Origin: Albidovulum sp.
Lineage (GTDB): Bacteria; Pseudomonadota; Alphaproteobacteria; Rhodobacterales; Rhodobacteraceae
Assembly (NCBI RefSeq): GCF_030837785.1
Contig: NZ_JAUQYA010000023.1
Length of the DNA: 64,000 nucleotides
Reading direction: 5' to 3' (one strand)
Below, in pieces: positions 51,218 to 60,483 of this stretch (position 1 is the first letter of the stretch; each line of letters begins with the position of its first letter). The position numbers and the translations under genes were made by a program. Under the pieces are notes generated by a model that ran no database searches, was not told where the DNA came from, and saw nothing but the letters and a program-made list of their open reading frames with translations.

Positions 51218-52183
51218 ATGAGCCTGACCCTTTCGCGCGAAAGCTTCCCCCTGCGCGAGGTCTTCACCATCTCGCGCGGATCGAAGACCGAGGCGCAGGT
51301 GCTGACCGTGGCCGTCACCCGCGAGGGCGTCACCGGGCGGGGCGAGTGCGTGCCCTATGCGCGCTACGGCGAAAGCCTCGACAGCGTGGCGGATGCCATC
51401 GCCTCGCTGCCCGGGGATGTCACCCGCGAGATGCTGCCGGGGCTGCTGCCCGCCGGCGCCGCGCGCAACGCGGTCGACTGCGCGCTCTGGGACCGGGAGG
51501 CGAAGCGGGCGGGCGTCCCGGTGTGGCAACTGGCGGGCCTGGCCGCGCCGAAGCCGCTCGTCACCTGCTACACGCTGTCGCTCGACACGGCCGAGCGGAT
51601 GCGGGCGGCGGCGGCGCGGGCGGCGGACCGGCCGATCCTGAAGATCAAGCTCGGCAGCGAGGACGACATGGCCCGGCTGGAGGCGGTGCGCGAGGGCGCA
51701 CCGAAGGCCCGTATCGTCGTCGATGCGAACGAGGGCTGGACCGCCGAGGTCTATGCCGCGCTCGCCCCGCATCTGAAGCGCCTCGGCGTGGTGCTGGTGG
51801 AACAGCCGCTGCCGGCGGGCGCCGACGGGATGCTGGCCGGGATCGCGCGCCCGGTGCCGGTCTGCGCCGACGAGAGCTGTCACGACCGCGCCTCGCTGGC
51901 CGGGCTCGCGGGCCGCTACGACATGGTCAACATCAAGCTCGACAAGGCCGGCGGGCTGACCGAGGCGCTGGCCCTGCGCGACGCCGCGCGGGCTTCGGGC
52001 TTCGGGGTGATGGTCGGCTGCATGGTCGCCTCCTCGCTGTCGATGGCACCGGCCTTCCTCGTGGCCCAGGGGGCGGCGGTGGCCGATCTCGACGGGCCGC
52101 TGATCCTCGCCCGGGACCGTGAGCCGCCGGTGCGCTACGAGGGATCGGTGATGCAGGTGCCGGACCGGGCGCTCTGGGGCTGA
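51218..52183 (+). CDS. dgcA: Dipeptide epimerase / N-acetyl-D-Glu racemase (enolase superfamily)
   Basis: FTISRG, GECVPY, KIK, DANEGW, EQP, ADES and DLDG motifs. Confidence 0.85.
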   Translation: MSLTLSRESFPLREVFTISRGSKTEAQVLTVAVTREGVTGRGECVPYARYGESLDSVADAIASLPGDVTREMLPGLLPAGAARNAVDCALWDREAKRAGVPVWQLAGLAAPKPLVTCYTLSLDTAERMRAAAARAADRPILKIKLGSEDDMARLEAVREGAPKARIVVDANEGWTAEVYAALAPHLKRLGVVLVEQPLPAGADGMLAGIARPVPVCADESCHDRASLAGLAGRYDMVNIKLDKAGGLTEALALRDAARASGFGVMVGCMVASSLSMAPAFLVAQGAAVADLDGPLILARDREPPVRYEGSVMQVPDRALWG

Positions 52184-52248
52184 GGCCGGGGCTTGACGCG
52201 ACGGCAGCGAGACCCGAAGAGACGGCAGCACCAGTCAGGAGACCGCTC

Positions 52249-53163
52249 ATGAGCCGCCCCGCCTCCCGCCCCGTCTCGCGCCCCGCCTCGCGCCCCGCCT
52301 CGCGCATCGTCCATGTCAACGGCGAGTATGTCCCCGAGGACGAGGCGAAGGTCTCGGTCTTCGACCGGGGTTTCCTGATGGCGGATGCAGTCTACGAGGT
52401 GACGAGCGTGCTCGGCGGCAGGCTCATCGACTTTCCCGGCCATGCGGCGCGGCTCGCCCGGTCGCTGGCCGAACTCGACATGGAAAGCCCGGTGACGGAG
52501 GCGGAGCTTCTGGCGATCCACCGCGAACTGGTCCGGCTGAACGGGATCGACGAGGGGCTCGTCTACCTCCAGATCAGCCGCGGCAATCCCGGAGACCGGG
52601 ACTTCGCCTTTCCCGATCCTGCTGCGGTGAGGGGGACGGTCGTGCTCTTCACCCAGTCGAAGCCGGGGCTGGCCGACAACCCGGCGGCGAAGGCAGGGAT
52701 CAGGGTCATCTCGATCCCCGATATCCGCTGGGGGCGGCGCGACATCAAGACGGTGCAGCTTCTCTATCCCTCGATGGGCAAGATGATGGCGAAGAGGGCG
52801 GGGGCCGATGATGCCTGGTTCACCGAGAAGGGCGGCGTGGTGACGGAGGGCACATCGAACAACGCCTGGATCGTCACCGGCGGGCGGATCGTCACCCGCC
52901 AGTTGTCGGATGACATCCTGCACGGGATCACCCGCGCCGCGGTCCTGCGCCTTGCCCGCGAGGCGCAGATGGCGGTGGAGGAACGGCCCTTCACCGTGGC
53001 GGAGGCGAAGGCGGCGGACGAGGCCTTCATCACCTCGGCCTCGGCCTTCGTGCTGCCGGTGGTGGAGATCGACGGCGCACCGGTCGGGGCCGGACGGCCG
53101 GGGCCGGTGGCGACGCGGCTGCGCGAGATCTATCTGGAGGAAAGCCGCAGGGCGGCGATCTGA
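52249..53163 (+). CDS. dat: D-amino-acid transaminase (class IV PLP)
   Basis: FDRGFLMADAVYEV, DIKTVQLL, EGTSNN and ILHGITR motifs. Confidence 0.9.
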   Translation: MSRPASRPVSRPASRPASRIVHVNGEYVPEDEAKVSVFDRGFLMADAVYEVTSVLGGRLIDFPGHAARLARSLAELDMESPVTEAELLAIHRELVRLNGIDEGLVYLQISRGNPGDRDFAFPDPAAVRGTVVLFTQSKPGLADNPAAKAGIRVISIPDIRWGRRDIKTVQLLYPSMGKMMAKRAGADDAWFTEKGGVVTEGTSNNAWIVTGGRIVTRQLSDDILHGITRAAVLRLAREAQMAVEERPFTVAEAKAADEAFITSASAFVLPVVEIDGAPVGAGRPGPVATRLREIYLEESRRAAI

Positions 53164-53173
53164 CCCCGGTGGG

Positions 53174-53824
53174 TCAGGCCGTCTGCACGAGATGGACGGT
53201 GACGGCGGCGTAGAAGACGCCGCTCGCCGCCAGCACGAAGGCGTGCCAGATCGTGTAGTGGAACGGCAGCCGTTCCCAGAGGTAGAAGACGACGCCCACA
53301 GTATAGAGCAGGCCCCCGGTGACGATGAGCACGAGGACCGGGCCGGAGAGCGTGGCGAGGAAGCTGCCGCCGGCTGCGAGGCCGGCCCAGCCCATGCCGA
53401 GGTAGAGCGCGAGCGTCAGCGGGCGGAAGCGGTCGGGCGAGGCGAGCTTGAGCCCGACGCCCGCCAGCGCCGCGCCCCAGAGCCCGGCGAGAAGCCAGAG
53501 CCCCTGGCCGGTGAGCAGCGTGAAGGGCGTGTAGGTGCCGGCGATCTTGAGGTAGATCGCCGAATGGTCGAGGCGCTTGAGAAGCCACGACCAGCCCGGC
53601 TGGGGCGCCATGTTGTAGAGCGCCGAGCAGAGGATCATGGCGAGGAGGGCGGCGCCGTAGACCGAGACGGCGAGGACGCCGGTGAGGTCGCCACGGAGGA
53701 AGGCGGCCAGCGTGATCAGCACCGGCACGGCCGCGAGCACGATGACGAGACCCGCGACATGGATCACCGCGTCCGAAAGGCGTTCGGAGCGGGAGTAGGT
53801 GGAGCGGGCGGCGATGAGCGTCAT
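53174..53824 (-). CDS. Hemolysin III / PAQR family membrane protein
   Basis: DHSAIYLKIAGTYTP, YLGMGW and IWHAFV motifs. Confidence 0.92.
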   Translation of the reverse strand: MTLIAARSTYSRSERLSDAVIHVAGLVIVLAAVPVLITLAAFLRGDLTGVLAVSVYGAALLAMILCSALYNMAPQPGWSWLLKRLDHSAIYLKIAGTYTPFTLLTGQGLWLLAGLWGAALAGVGLKLASPDRFRPLTLALYLGMGWAGLAAGGSFLATLSGPVLVLIVTGGLLYTVGVVFYLWERLPFHYTIWHAFVLAASGVFYAAVTVHLVQTA

Positions 53825-53886
53825 GGGACAAGGATAGCACGGCGCCGCGGCCGGGGCGACAGGGCCGGGAGCGAGGCGACGCAAGG

Positions 53887-54534
53887 TCAGAGGCCGAGAA
53901 GGGCGGGCAGGTCGGCCATCGCGGCGAAGGGGCGGGCGCCTTCTGCCGCGAGCCGCGCGCCGTCATCCCGCGGGGCGTAGCCGAAGCAGGTCATGCCGGC
54001 GGCGCGCGCGGCGCGGGCGCCGGGCACGCTGTCCTCCACCACCGCGCAGGCGGCCGGGGCCACGCCGAGAACCGCGGCGGCGTGGAGGTAGAGGTCGGGC
54101 GCGGGCTTCGGCCGGGCGACGTCGTGGCGGGAGAAGATCCGGCCCCGGAGGCGGTCGTGGAGGCCGGGGTGCTGGCCAAGCGTGATCTCCATCTTGCGGT
54201 GCGGGCCGTTCGAGCCCACCGCATAGGGGATGCGGGCGGCGTCGAGCGTGTCGAGTACCCTCTCGATGCCGGGGATCAGGGCCGTGCCGAGGGCGAGGGC
54301 CGCGAACATCTCCTCGTAGATGCGGTCCACCCAGTCGGCCGGCAGGTCGGCGCCGAGGTGGCGCGCGGTCTCGGCGACGCCCGCCATCGTGCCGCCGAGG
54401 AAGAGCGCGTGGACCTCGCCCGCGTCGAAGGGCAGGCCGTGGCGGGTGAAGCTTTCCGCAATCACCCGGTCGGTCACGGGTTCGCTGTCGACCAGCACGC
54501 CGTCGCAGTCGAAGAGGACGGCGGCAGGCCTCAT
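53887..54534 (-). CDS. HAD family phosphatase
   Basis: FDCDGVLVDSE, KPAPD and EDS motifs. Confidence 0.92.
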   Translation of the reverse strand: MRPAAVLFDCDGVLVDSEPVTDRVIAESFTRHGLPFDAGEVHALFLGGTMAGVAETARHLGADLPADWVDRIYEEMFAALALGTALIPGIERVLDTLDAARIPYAVGSNGPHRKMEITLGQHPGLHDRLRGRIFSRHDVARPKPAPDLYLHAAAVLGVAPAACAVVEDSVPGARAARAAGMTCFGYAPRDDGARLAAEGARPFAAMADLPALLGL

Positions 54535-55094
54535 GCGGGCGCCCTGAGGAGCGTGACGGTGGTGTCGCCATAGCGGCGCCGGTCGAGAAGGGTGAAGCCC
54601 GCGGGCGGGAGGGGAGGCAGGCCCTCCTCCCAGACGATGACCGCGCCGGGGGCGAGCCATTGCCCGGCGACGAGCGAGGCGAGGCTGCGTTCGCCGAGGC
54701 CCTTGCCGTAGGGCGGGTCGAGGAAAACGAGCGTATAGCCCGGCCCCCGGTTCGGGCCCATGCTGGTGGCGTCGCGCCGCCAGACGTCGGTGGCGCCCAT
54801 CGCCTGCATCTTCTCGATGTTCTGGCGCAGGAGCGCGCGGGCGGCGGTGCCGTCGTCGACGAAGGCGACCCGGGCGGCGCCGCGGGAAAGCGCCTCGAGC
54901 CCGAGCGCGCCGGTGCCGGCGAAGAGGTCGAGTACGCGCGCGCCCTCCACCGGATTGCCGTGGGGGCCATTGGTGAGCAGGTTGAAGATCGCCTCGCGAA
55001 CGCGGTCGGAGGTGGGACGCAGGTGCGCCGCGGCATCGCCCGCGCCGACCTCGGCGAGCTTCAGCCCGCGCCGCGTGCCGCCGATGATCCTCAC
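54531..55094 (-). CDS. rsmD: 16S rRNA m2G966 methyltransferase
   Basis: MRIIGG, RPTSDRVRE, DLFAGTG and DPPY motifs. Confidence 0.95.
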   Translation of the reverse strand: MRIIGGTRRGLKLAEVGAGDAAAHLRPTSDRVREAIFNLLTNGPHGNPVEGARVLDLFAGTGALGLEALSRGAARVAFVDDGTAARALLRQNIEKMQAMGATDVWRRDATSMGPNRGPGYTLVFLDPPYGKGLGERSLASLVAGQWLAPGAVIVWEEGLPPLPPAGFTLLDRRRYGDTTVTLLRAPA

Positions 55095-56299
55095 CTGAGA
55101 AGCGCCTTGAGGTCGGAGGCAGGGTCGGCGATCACCGCAGGCTCGGGCGAGCGGCCGGCCTCGATCAGCCGCTTGCCGATCATGTAGGCGCGGGCGTCGT
55201 TCATCGCGTCGAGCGCGAGGAGCGTGGTGCCCCGGTAATACCAGATGCTGACGGCGTTGCCCTCGCCCGGACGGGTCACGATGCGGTCGTAGCCGGTGCC
55301 AAGCCCGGCGATCTGGAGCTTGACGTCATACTGGTCGGACCAGAACCAGGGCTTCGCCCGGTAGGGGGTGTTCGCGCCGAGGATGTTGGCGGCCACCGCC
55401 TCGGCCTGGTCGATGGCGTTGCCGACGCTTTCGAGCCGGATGCGGCCGTCCCCGTGGGGGAAGGAGGCGCAGTCGCCCGCAGCCCAGACATGCGGCGCCG
55501 ATGTGCGGCCCGTCGCGTCGGTGCGGATGCCGTTGTCGAGCGCGATCCCGGCGGCCTCGGCCAGTTCGGTATTGGGCAGGATGCCGATGCCGACGACGAC
55601 GAGATCGGCGGCAAGTTCAGTGCCATCCGCCAGCACCGCGCCGGTGACCGCGCCCTCGCCGGTCAGGCGGGACAGGCCGGTGCCTTCGAGGATGTGCACG
55701 CCGTGGGCCTGGTGCAGGCGGCGGAAGAAATCCGCGGTCTCGGGGGCGGCGACGCGCTGGAGGATGCGCGGGGCGGCCTCGATCAGCGTCACCTCGAGCC
55801 CGAGCTTCGCCGCGACCGCCGCCGCCTCGAGCCCGATGTAGCCGCCGCCGACGACCACCGCGCGCGCGCCCTTGCGGAAGGCCGGCGCCATCCGGTCGAC
55901 GTCGGCGAGGGTGCGGACGGTGAAGACGTTGGCCAGATCGCCGCCGATCGCCGCCGGCAGGCGGCGGGGACGGGAACCGGTGGTGAGCGCGAGATCGTCC
56001 CAGGAAAGCGTCCCGCCGTCCGCGAGGCGGAGGGTGCGCGCGTCGGTGTCGATCGCCTCCACCCGGGTGGAAAGGCGCAGCGTCACGGCCTGTTCCTCCC
56101 AGAAGGAAGGCGCGCGGAGGTAGAGCCGTTCAAGCTCCATCTCGCCGAGGAGATAGGCCTTGGAGAGCGGCGGGCGCTGGTAAGGTGGCTGCGGCTCCTC
56201 GCCAACCAGCGTGACCGCGCCGGCGTAGCCGAGAGCCCTGACTTTCGCGGCGAGCGAGGCGCCTGCCTGGCCCGCGCCGACGATGACGATCCCGCCCAT
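55091..56299 (-). CDS. NAD(P)/FAD-dependent ferredoxin reductase-like oxidoreductase
   Basis: GAGQAG, YQRPPLSK, GGGYIGLE and PWFWSDQY motifs. Confidence 0.92.
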   Translation of the reverse strand: MGGIVIVGAGQAGASLAAKVRALGYAGAVTLVGEEPQPPYQRPPLSKAYLLGEMELERLYLRAPSFWEEQAVTLRLSTRVEAIDTDARTLRLADGGTLSWDDLALTTGSRPRRLPAAIGGDLANVFTVRTLADVDRMAPAFRKGARAVVVGGGYIGLEAAAVAAKLGLEVTLIEAAPRILQRVAAPETADFFRRLHQAHGVHILEGTGLSRLTGEGAVTGAVLADGTELAADLVVVGIGILPNTELAEAAGIALDNGIRTDATGRTSAPHVWAAGDCASFPHGDGRIRLESVGNAIDQAEAVAANILGANTPYRAKPWFWSDQYDVKLQIAGLGTGYDRIVTRPGEGNAVSIWYYRGTTLLALDAMNDARAYMIGKRLIEAGRSPEPAVIADPASDLKALLR

Positions 56300-56378
56300 G
56301 TCACTTCCTCTCTGGTGGCCCGCGCGGCGGACCCTATATCGTGGCGGCGGGAAAACGCAACGAGCGAGGATATTTGCG

Positions 56379-56864
56379 ATGGCGATCGAGACGGGGCAGC
56401 GCCTGCCCGGCGCGACGATGCTGAGGATGGGAGCGAAGGGGCCGGAGCCGGTCGATCTGGGCGCAAGGCTCAAGGGGCGCAAGGTGGTGCTGTTCGGATT
56501 GCCCGGCGCCTACACCGGCACTTGCTCCACCGTGCATCTGCCGAGCTTCATCCGCAGCGCCGAGAGGTTCCGCGCCAAGGGCGTGGACGAGATCATCTGC
56601 GTCGCCGTCAACGATCCCTTCGCGCTGAAGGCCTGGGGCGAGGCGACCGGGGCGACGCAGGCGGGCATCACCCTTCTGGGCGACAGCGCCGGGGCGTTCA
56701 CGAAGGCGCTGGGCATGGCGTTCGACGCGCCCGCGATCGGGCTTTACGGCCGGTCGAACCGCTATGCCGCGATCGTCGAGGATGGCGTGGTGACGCATGT
56801 TCAGATCGACCGCCCCGGCGAGTGCAACATCTCCACCGGCGAGGCGCTGCTGGAGGCGGTCTGA
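56379..56864 (+). CDS. Peroxiredoxin (PRX5-like)
   Basis: LPGAYTGTCSTVHLP, VNDPF and RSNRY motifs. Confidence 0.93.
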   Translation: MAIETGQRLPGATMLRMGAKGPEPVDLGARLKGRKVVLFGLPGAYTGTCSTVHLPSFIRSAERFRAKGVDEIICVAVNDPFALKAWGEATGATQAGITLLGDSAGAFTKALGMAFDAPAIGLYGRSNRYAAIVEDGVVTHVQIDRPGECNISTGEALLEAV

Positions 56865-57291
56865 GGGGCCGGGGCGGCCTTTCCCGCAGCGGGCGTCCGG
56901 GGCTAGCCCCAGCAAGGCGCACGGAACGCCCGTCGCGCCGCGCCGTGCGGTGACCGACCGTAGGCGGGCGCTGCCCTCCGCGCCTTGCGCGGCCCGCAGT
57001 TGCGGACTCGCCCCGCCCCGCCCCACCCGCCTCGCCCGGGCGACCAGCCCGGGCGGCGCCCGACCGCCCCCCGGGCGGGCGCACCGTGACCTCACCAGCA
57101 GAACGACGGCGGGAGTGGTGGCACCATGAAGCGCCCAGAACCTCTGTTCCTCAGCGCCTGCCCGCAGTCGGTCGCCGCCCTTCGCGCCCTGCCGCAATCC
57201 GGGCGGCGTCTGTCTGCCGGGCGCCGGCGGTCGGCCGCCGCCCCTGCGTCAGAGACCGGAACGCGTAGGTTCGTAAGCCGTCCCTCCCCGC

Positions 57292-57681
57292 TCAGTCCCG
57301 GTCGGGGCCGCCGTCGCGGGCGTGAATCTCGCACAGGCAGGTCACCGGGGCGCCATGATCGGTCTGCACCTCGGCCTCTCCGGCGAGACGGTCCATGCGC
57401 AAGGCCAGCGTGAGGTCGAGGGCGGAAAGCCCGCCGCAGTCATGGGTGGTGAGCGTGGCGTCGACGGTGTTGTAGACGTTTGTCCATTCGGGGTGGTGGT
57501 TGAGCTTTTCGGCGGCCAGCGCGGCGCGCGACATGAAGCCCCAGGCCTCGGAAAAGCTTCGGAACTTCCAGATCTTGCGGATCGCGTCGCGGCCCTCGAC
57601 GGCGCGCCAGCCGGTGGCGCCGAGCCGGCCGAGCGCGGCCTCGCGTTCGGGCCCCTGCGGCAGGAGTGCGGATTGGCTCAT
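57292..57681 (-). CDS. phhB: 4a-hydroxytetrahydrobiopterin dehydratase (PhhB) with C-terminal extension
   Basis: [10 protein letters not shown] and TTHDCGGLS motifs. Confidence 0.88.
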   Translation of the reverse strand: MSQSALLPQGPEREAALGRLGATGWRAVEGRDAIRKIWKFRSFSEAWGFMSRAALAAEKLNHHPEWTNVYNTVDATLTTHDCGGLSALDLTLALRMDRLAGEAEVQTDHGAPVTCLCEIHARDGGPDRD

Positions 57682-57699
57682 GGCTTTCCTCCTTCGGGT

Positions 57700-58317
57700 T
57701 CAGCCCTCTTTCGGCGGCATCGCCGCGTTGTCGGCGTCGTTGGCGCGCTGGAGCGCGGGGCGGGCGCTGATCCTGTCCCAATAGGCCTGGAGCACCGGGC
57801 GCGGCTCGATCGTGCCGAACCTGAGGCCCCAGCCGATCTGCGAGCCGGTGGCGACGTCGGCGGCCGAGAAGGCATCGCCGGCGAGGTAGGGCGTGCGCGC
57901 GAGCTGCGTCTCCAGCGCGTCGAGCGTGGTGGCGAGCGAACCGAAGCCCACCATCCGGCGCCGGTCCTCCGGCACCTCGAGCCCAAGCGCCCTGAGGATC
58001 ACCGCGGCCTCGAAGGGCCCCGCGCCGAAGAAGAGCCAGCGGTAATAGGCGGCGCGGTCGGCAGGGGCGAGCCCGGCATCGGGGAAGGCATCGGCGAGAT
58101 AGGCGCAGATCGCCGCGTATTCGGTAACGACGCGCGGCCCGTGCACCAGTGCGGGAACCTTGCCCATCGGGTTGATCGCGAGATATTCCGGCGCCTTCAT
58201 CGCGGGTCCGTAGTCGAGATAGCGCACCTCGTAGGGCCGGCCGATCTCTTCCAGCATCCAGCGGGCGATGCGGCCGCGCGACATCGGGTTGGAATAGAGG
58301 ATGAGCGAGTCGGTCAT
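57700..58317 (-). CDS. Glutathione S-transferase family protein
   Basis: NPMSRGRIARWMLEE, INPMGKVP and FSAADV motifs. Confidence 0.93.
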   Translation of the reverse strand: MTDSLILYSNPMSRGRIARWMLEEIGRPYEVRYLDYGPAMKAPEYLAINPMGKVPALVHGPRVVTEYAAICAYLADAFPDAGLAPADRAAYYRWLFFGAGPFEAAVILRALGLEVPEDRRRMVGFGSLATTLDALETQLARTPYLAGDAFSAADVATGSQIGWGLRFGTIEPRPVLQAYWDRISARPALQRANDADNAAMPPKEG

Positions 58318-58409
58318 CGGTTTCTCCTGACTTTCGCCGATTGTCGGGGCGTCGGGGGCGAGTTTCAATGCCCGGGCGGGGTATTCGGGCGGGGTATTTG
58401 GGGCGGGGA

Positions 58410-59591
58410 TCAGTCCTGCGGCGCGGCCTTGCGGAAGGGGCCGTAGTCGGTCAGGACCTCGATCTCCTGCCCCACCGCCCGTGCCTCGGCCTCGAGGAAG
58501 CGGGCGACGGCGGCGCGGAACGAGGGGTCGGCGATCCAGTGCAGCGAATGCGTCTGGCATGGCAGGTAGCCGCGGGCAAGCTTGTGTTCGCCCTGGGCGC
58601 CCGCCTCGACGCGCGACAGCCCGGTGGCGATGGCGTGGTCGATGGCCTGGTAATAGCAGCATTCGAAATGCAGGAAGGGGTGATCCTCCACCGCGCCCCA
58701 GTAGCGGCCGAAAAGCGTCTCGCGGCCGATGAGGTTCAGCGCCCCCGCGACCGGCCGCCCATGCCGTTCGGCGAGGACCAGGAGCACGTCGTCGCGCATC
58801 GTCTCGTGGAGGATGTCGAAGAAGGCGCGGGTCAGGTAGGGCCTGCCCCATTTGCGGCTGCCGGTGTCCTGGTAGAAGGTCCAGAACGCCTCCCAGTGGC
58901 GGGGCTCGATCTCGGCGCCGGAAAGCCGGCGGATGGTGCCGCCGAAGCCCTGCGCCGCCGCGCGTTCCTTGCGGATCGCCTTGCGCTTGCGCGAGGAGAG
59001 CCGGGTGAGGAAGGCGTCGAAACCGGCGTAGCCCTGGTTCACCCAGTGGAACTGCTGGGAGACGCGGGCCATCAGGCCCTGGGCGGCGCCGGCCGCGGCC
59101 TCCTCGGCCGTGCAGAAGGTGACATGGGCCGAGGAAAGCCGGTTGTCGGCGGCAATCTGAACCATCGCCCGGATCAGCGCGGCGCGGCCCGGTGCCTCCC
59201 ATCCGGGCGCCGTCAGGAACCGCCGGCCGCTGACCGGGGTGAAGGGCACGGCCGACTGGAGCTTGGGGTAGTAGCGCCGGCCGGCGCGTTCCCAGGCCTC
59301 GGCCCAGGAGAAGTCGAAGATGTATTCGCCCTGGCTGTGGCTTTTCACATAGAGCGGCATCACGGCGACCGGCGTGCCCGATGCCCGGACGACGAGATGG
59401 TGCGGCTGCCAGCCGGTACCGCGGCCGACCGAGCCCGAGCGTTCCAGCGCGGCAAGGAAGCGGTGGGTGGTGAAGGGATCGGCCGGGCGGCCCCCTTCCG
59501 CCGCCTCGGGGCAGGCACAGGCGTCCCACTCGGCCGCGGCGATGTCGCCGAGGCCGGCCAGCGCGGTCACTTCGAGGGCGATGTCGTCCAT
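58410..59591 (-). CDS. GNAT/FemAB-like protein (DUF482)
   Basis: HSQGEYIFD, YYPKL, PFTP, HFECCYYQ and GAQGEHK motifs. Confidence 0.92.
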   Translation of the reverse strand: MDDIALEVTALAGLGDIAAAEWDACACPEAAEGGRPADPFTTHRFLAALERSGSVGRGTGWQPHHLVVRASGTPVAVMPLYVKSHSQGEYIFDFSWAEAWERAGRRYYPKLQSAVPFTPVSGRRFLTAPGWEAPGRAALIRAMVQIAADNRLSSAHVTFCTAEEAAAGAAQGLMARVSQQFHWVNQGYAGFDAFLTRLSSRKRKAIRKERAAAQGFGGTIRRLSGAEIEPRHWEAFWTFYQDTGSRKWGRPYLTRAFFDILHETMRDDVLLVLAERHGRPVAGALNLIGRETLFGRYWGAVEDHPFLHFECCYYQAIDHAIATGLSRVEAGAQGEHKLARGYLPCQTHSLHWIADPSFRAAVARFLEAEARAVGQEIEVLTDYGPFRKAAPQD

Positions 59592-59634
59592 TGCGCGGTC
59601 CTTGCCCGGAGATGGGGGCGGGGGGCGGGGCGCG

Positions 59635-60483
59635 TCAAGCCGGGATCGCCGCGGCGTAGCCTTCGAAGGTCACGTTGGCGGCAATCCGGCGGGCCTCCGC
59701 CTCTGCCGCAGGCGAGCGGATGGTCCAGCAGAGGATCGGCGCGCCCTGTGCCCGCAGGTCGGCCACGCGCGGGCGGGAAAGGTCGGCGGCCTCGTGGCTG
59801 AGGAAACTCGCCCCTACTGCGTCGTAGTCGGGGATTTCCCGCAGCCGGTCGCGGACCGGTGCGGTCAGCAGCGGCCAGTCGTCGGGCGCATAGGCCGAAG
59901 TGGTGAGCCCGCGAGAGATCGCCGGCGCGGCACGGGCCAGCGCCGCGACGGAATGGGGGTTGAAGGACATCAGCGCGACCGGGCCGGCATAGCCCACCAG
60001 CGCCGCCGCCACCGCCTGTTCCAGCGGCCCGACGCCGGGGCCCATCGCGCCGTCCTGGTCCTTCACCTCGATCAGCAGGGCGACGCGGCCGGCGACGAGG
60101 GCGAGCATCTCGGCCAGCGTCGGGATGCCGTCGTCGGTGCCGAGAAGCCGCGTGGCCGTCAGCTCGGCCGCGCTGCGGCCGCGGATGCGGCCGGGCAGGC
60201 CGGTCAGCCGCTTCATGTCGTAGTCGTGGAACACCATCGGCACGCCGTCGGCCGAGGGCTGGACGTCGCATTCGATGCCATAGCCCGCGGCGATGGCGGC
60301 GCGGAAGGCGGCCGGAGAGTTCTCCGCCCGGCCAGCGGTGCGGTCATGGAGCGCGCGGTGCGCGAGGGGGGCGCGAAGGAAGGCGCCGGGCAGCGGCACC
60401 GGGGCCGCGGTGACGGCGGGGGTGACGGCGGGGGTGACGGCTGGGGCCACGGCGGGGGCGACGGGGCGCGGGCCTGCGGACAT
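59635..60483 (-). CDS. Glycerophosphodiester phosphodiesterase family protein
   Basis: AHRALH, ENS, IECDVQ, FHD, EVK and WT motifs. Confidence 0.92.
   Translation of the reverse strand: MSAGPRPVAPAVAPAVTPAVTPAVTAAPVPLPGAFLRAPLAHRALHDRTAGRAENSPAAFRAAIAAGYGIECDVQPSADGVPMVFHDYDMKRLTGLPGRIRGRSAAELTATRLLGTDDGIPTLAEMLALVAGRVALLIEVKDQDGAMGPGVGPLEQAVAAALVGYAGPVALMSFNPHSVAALARAAPAISRGLTTSAYAPDDWPLLTAPVRDRLREIPDYDAVGASFLSHEAADLSRPRVADLRAQGAPILCWTIRSPAAEAEARRIAANVTFEGYAAAIPA

Noticed and set aside
57126..57413. 95-aa ORF MKRPEPLFLSAC with an upstream GGGAG
   Set aside because: Arg/Pro-rich, no recognisable domain, and overlaps phhB on the opposite strand by ~120 nt
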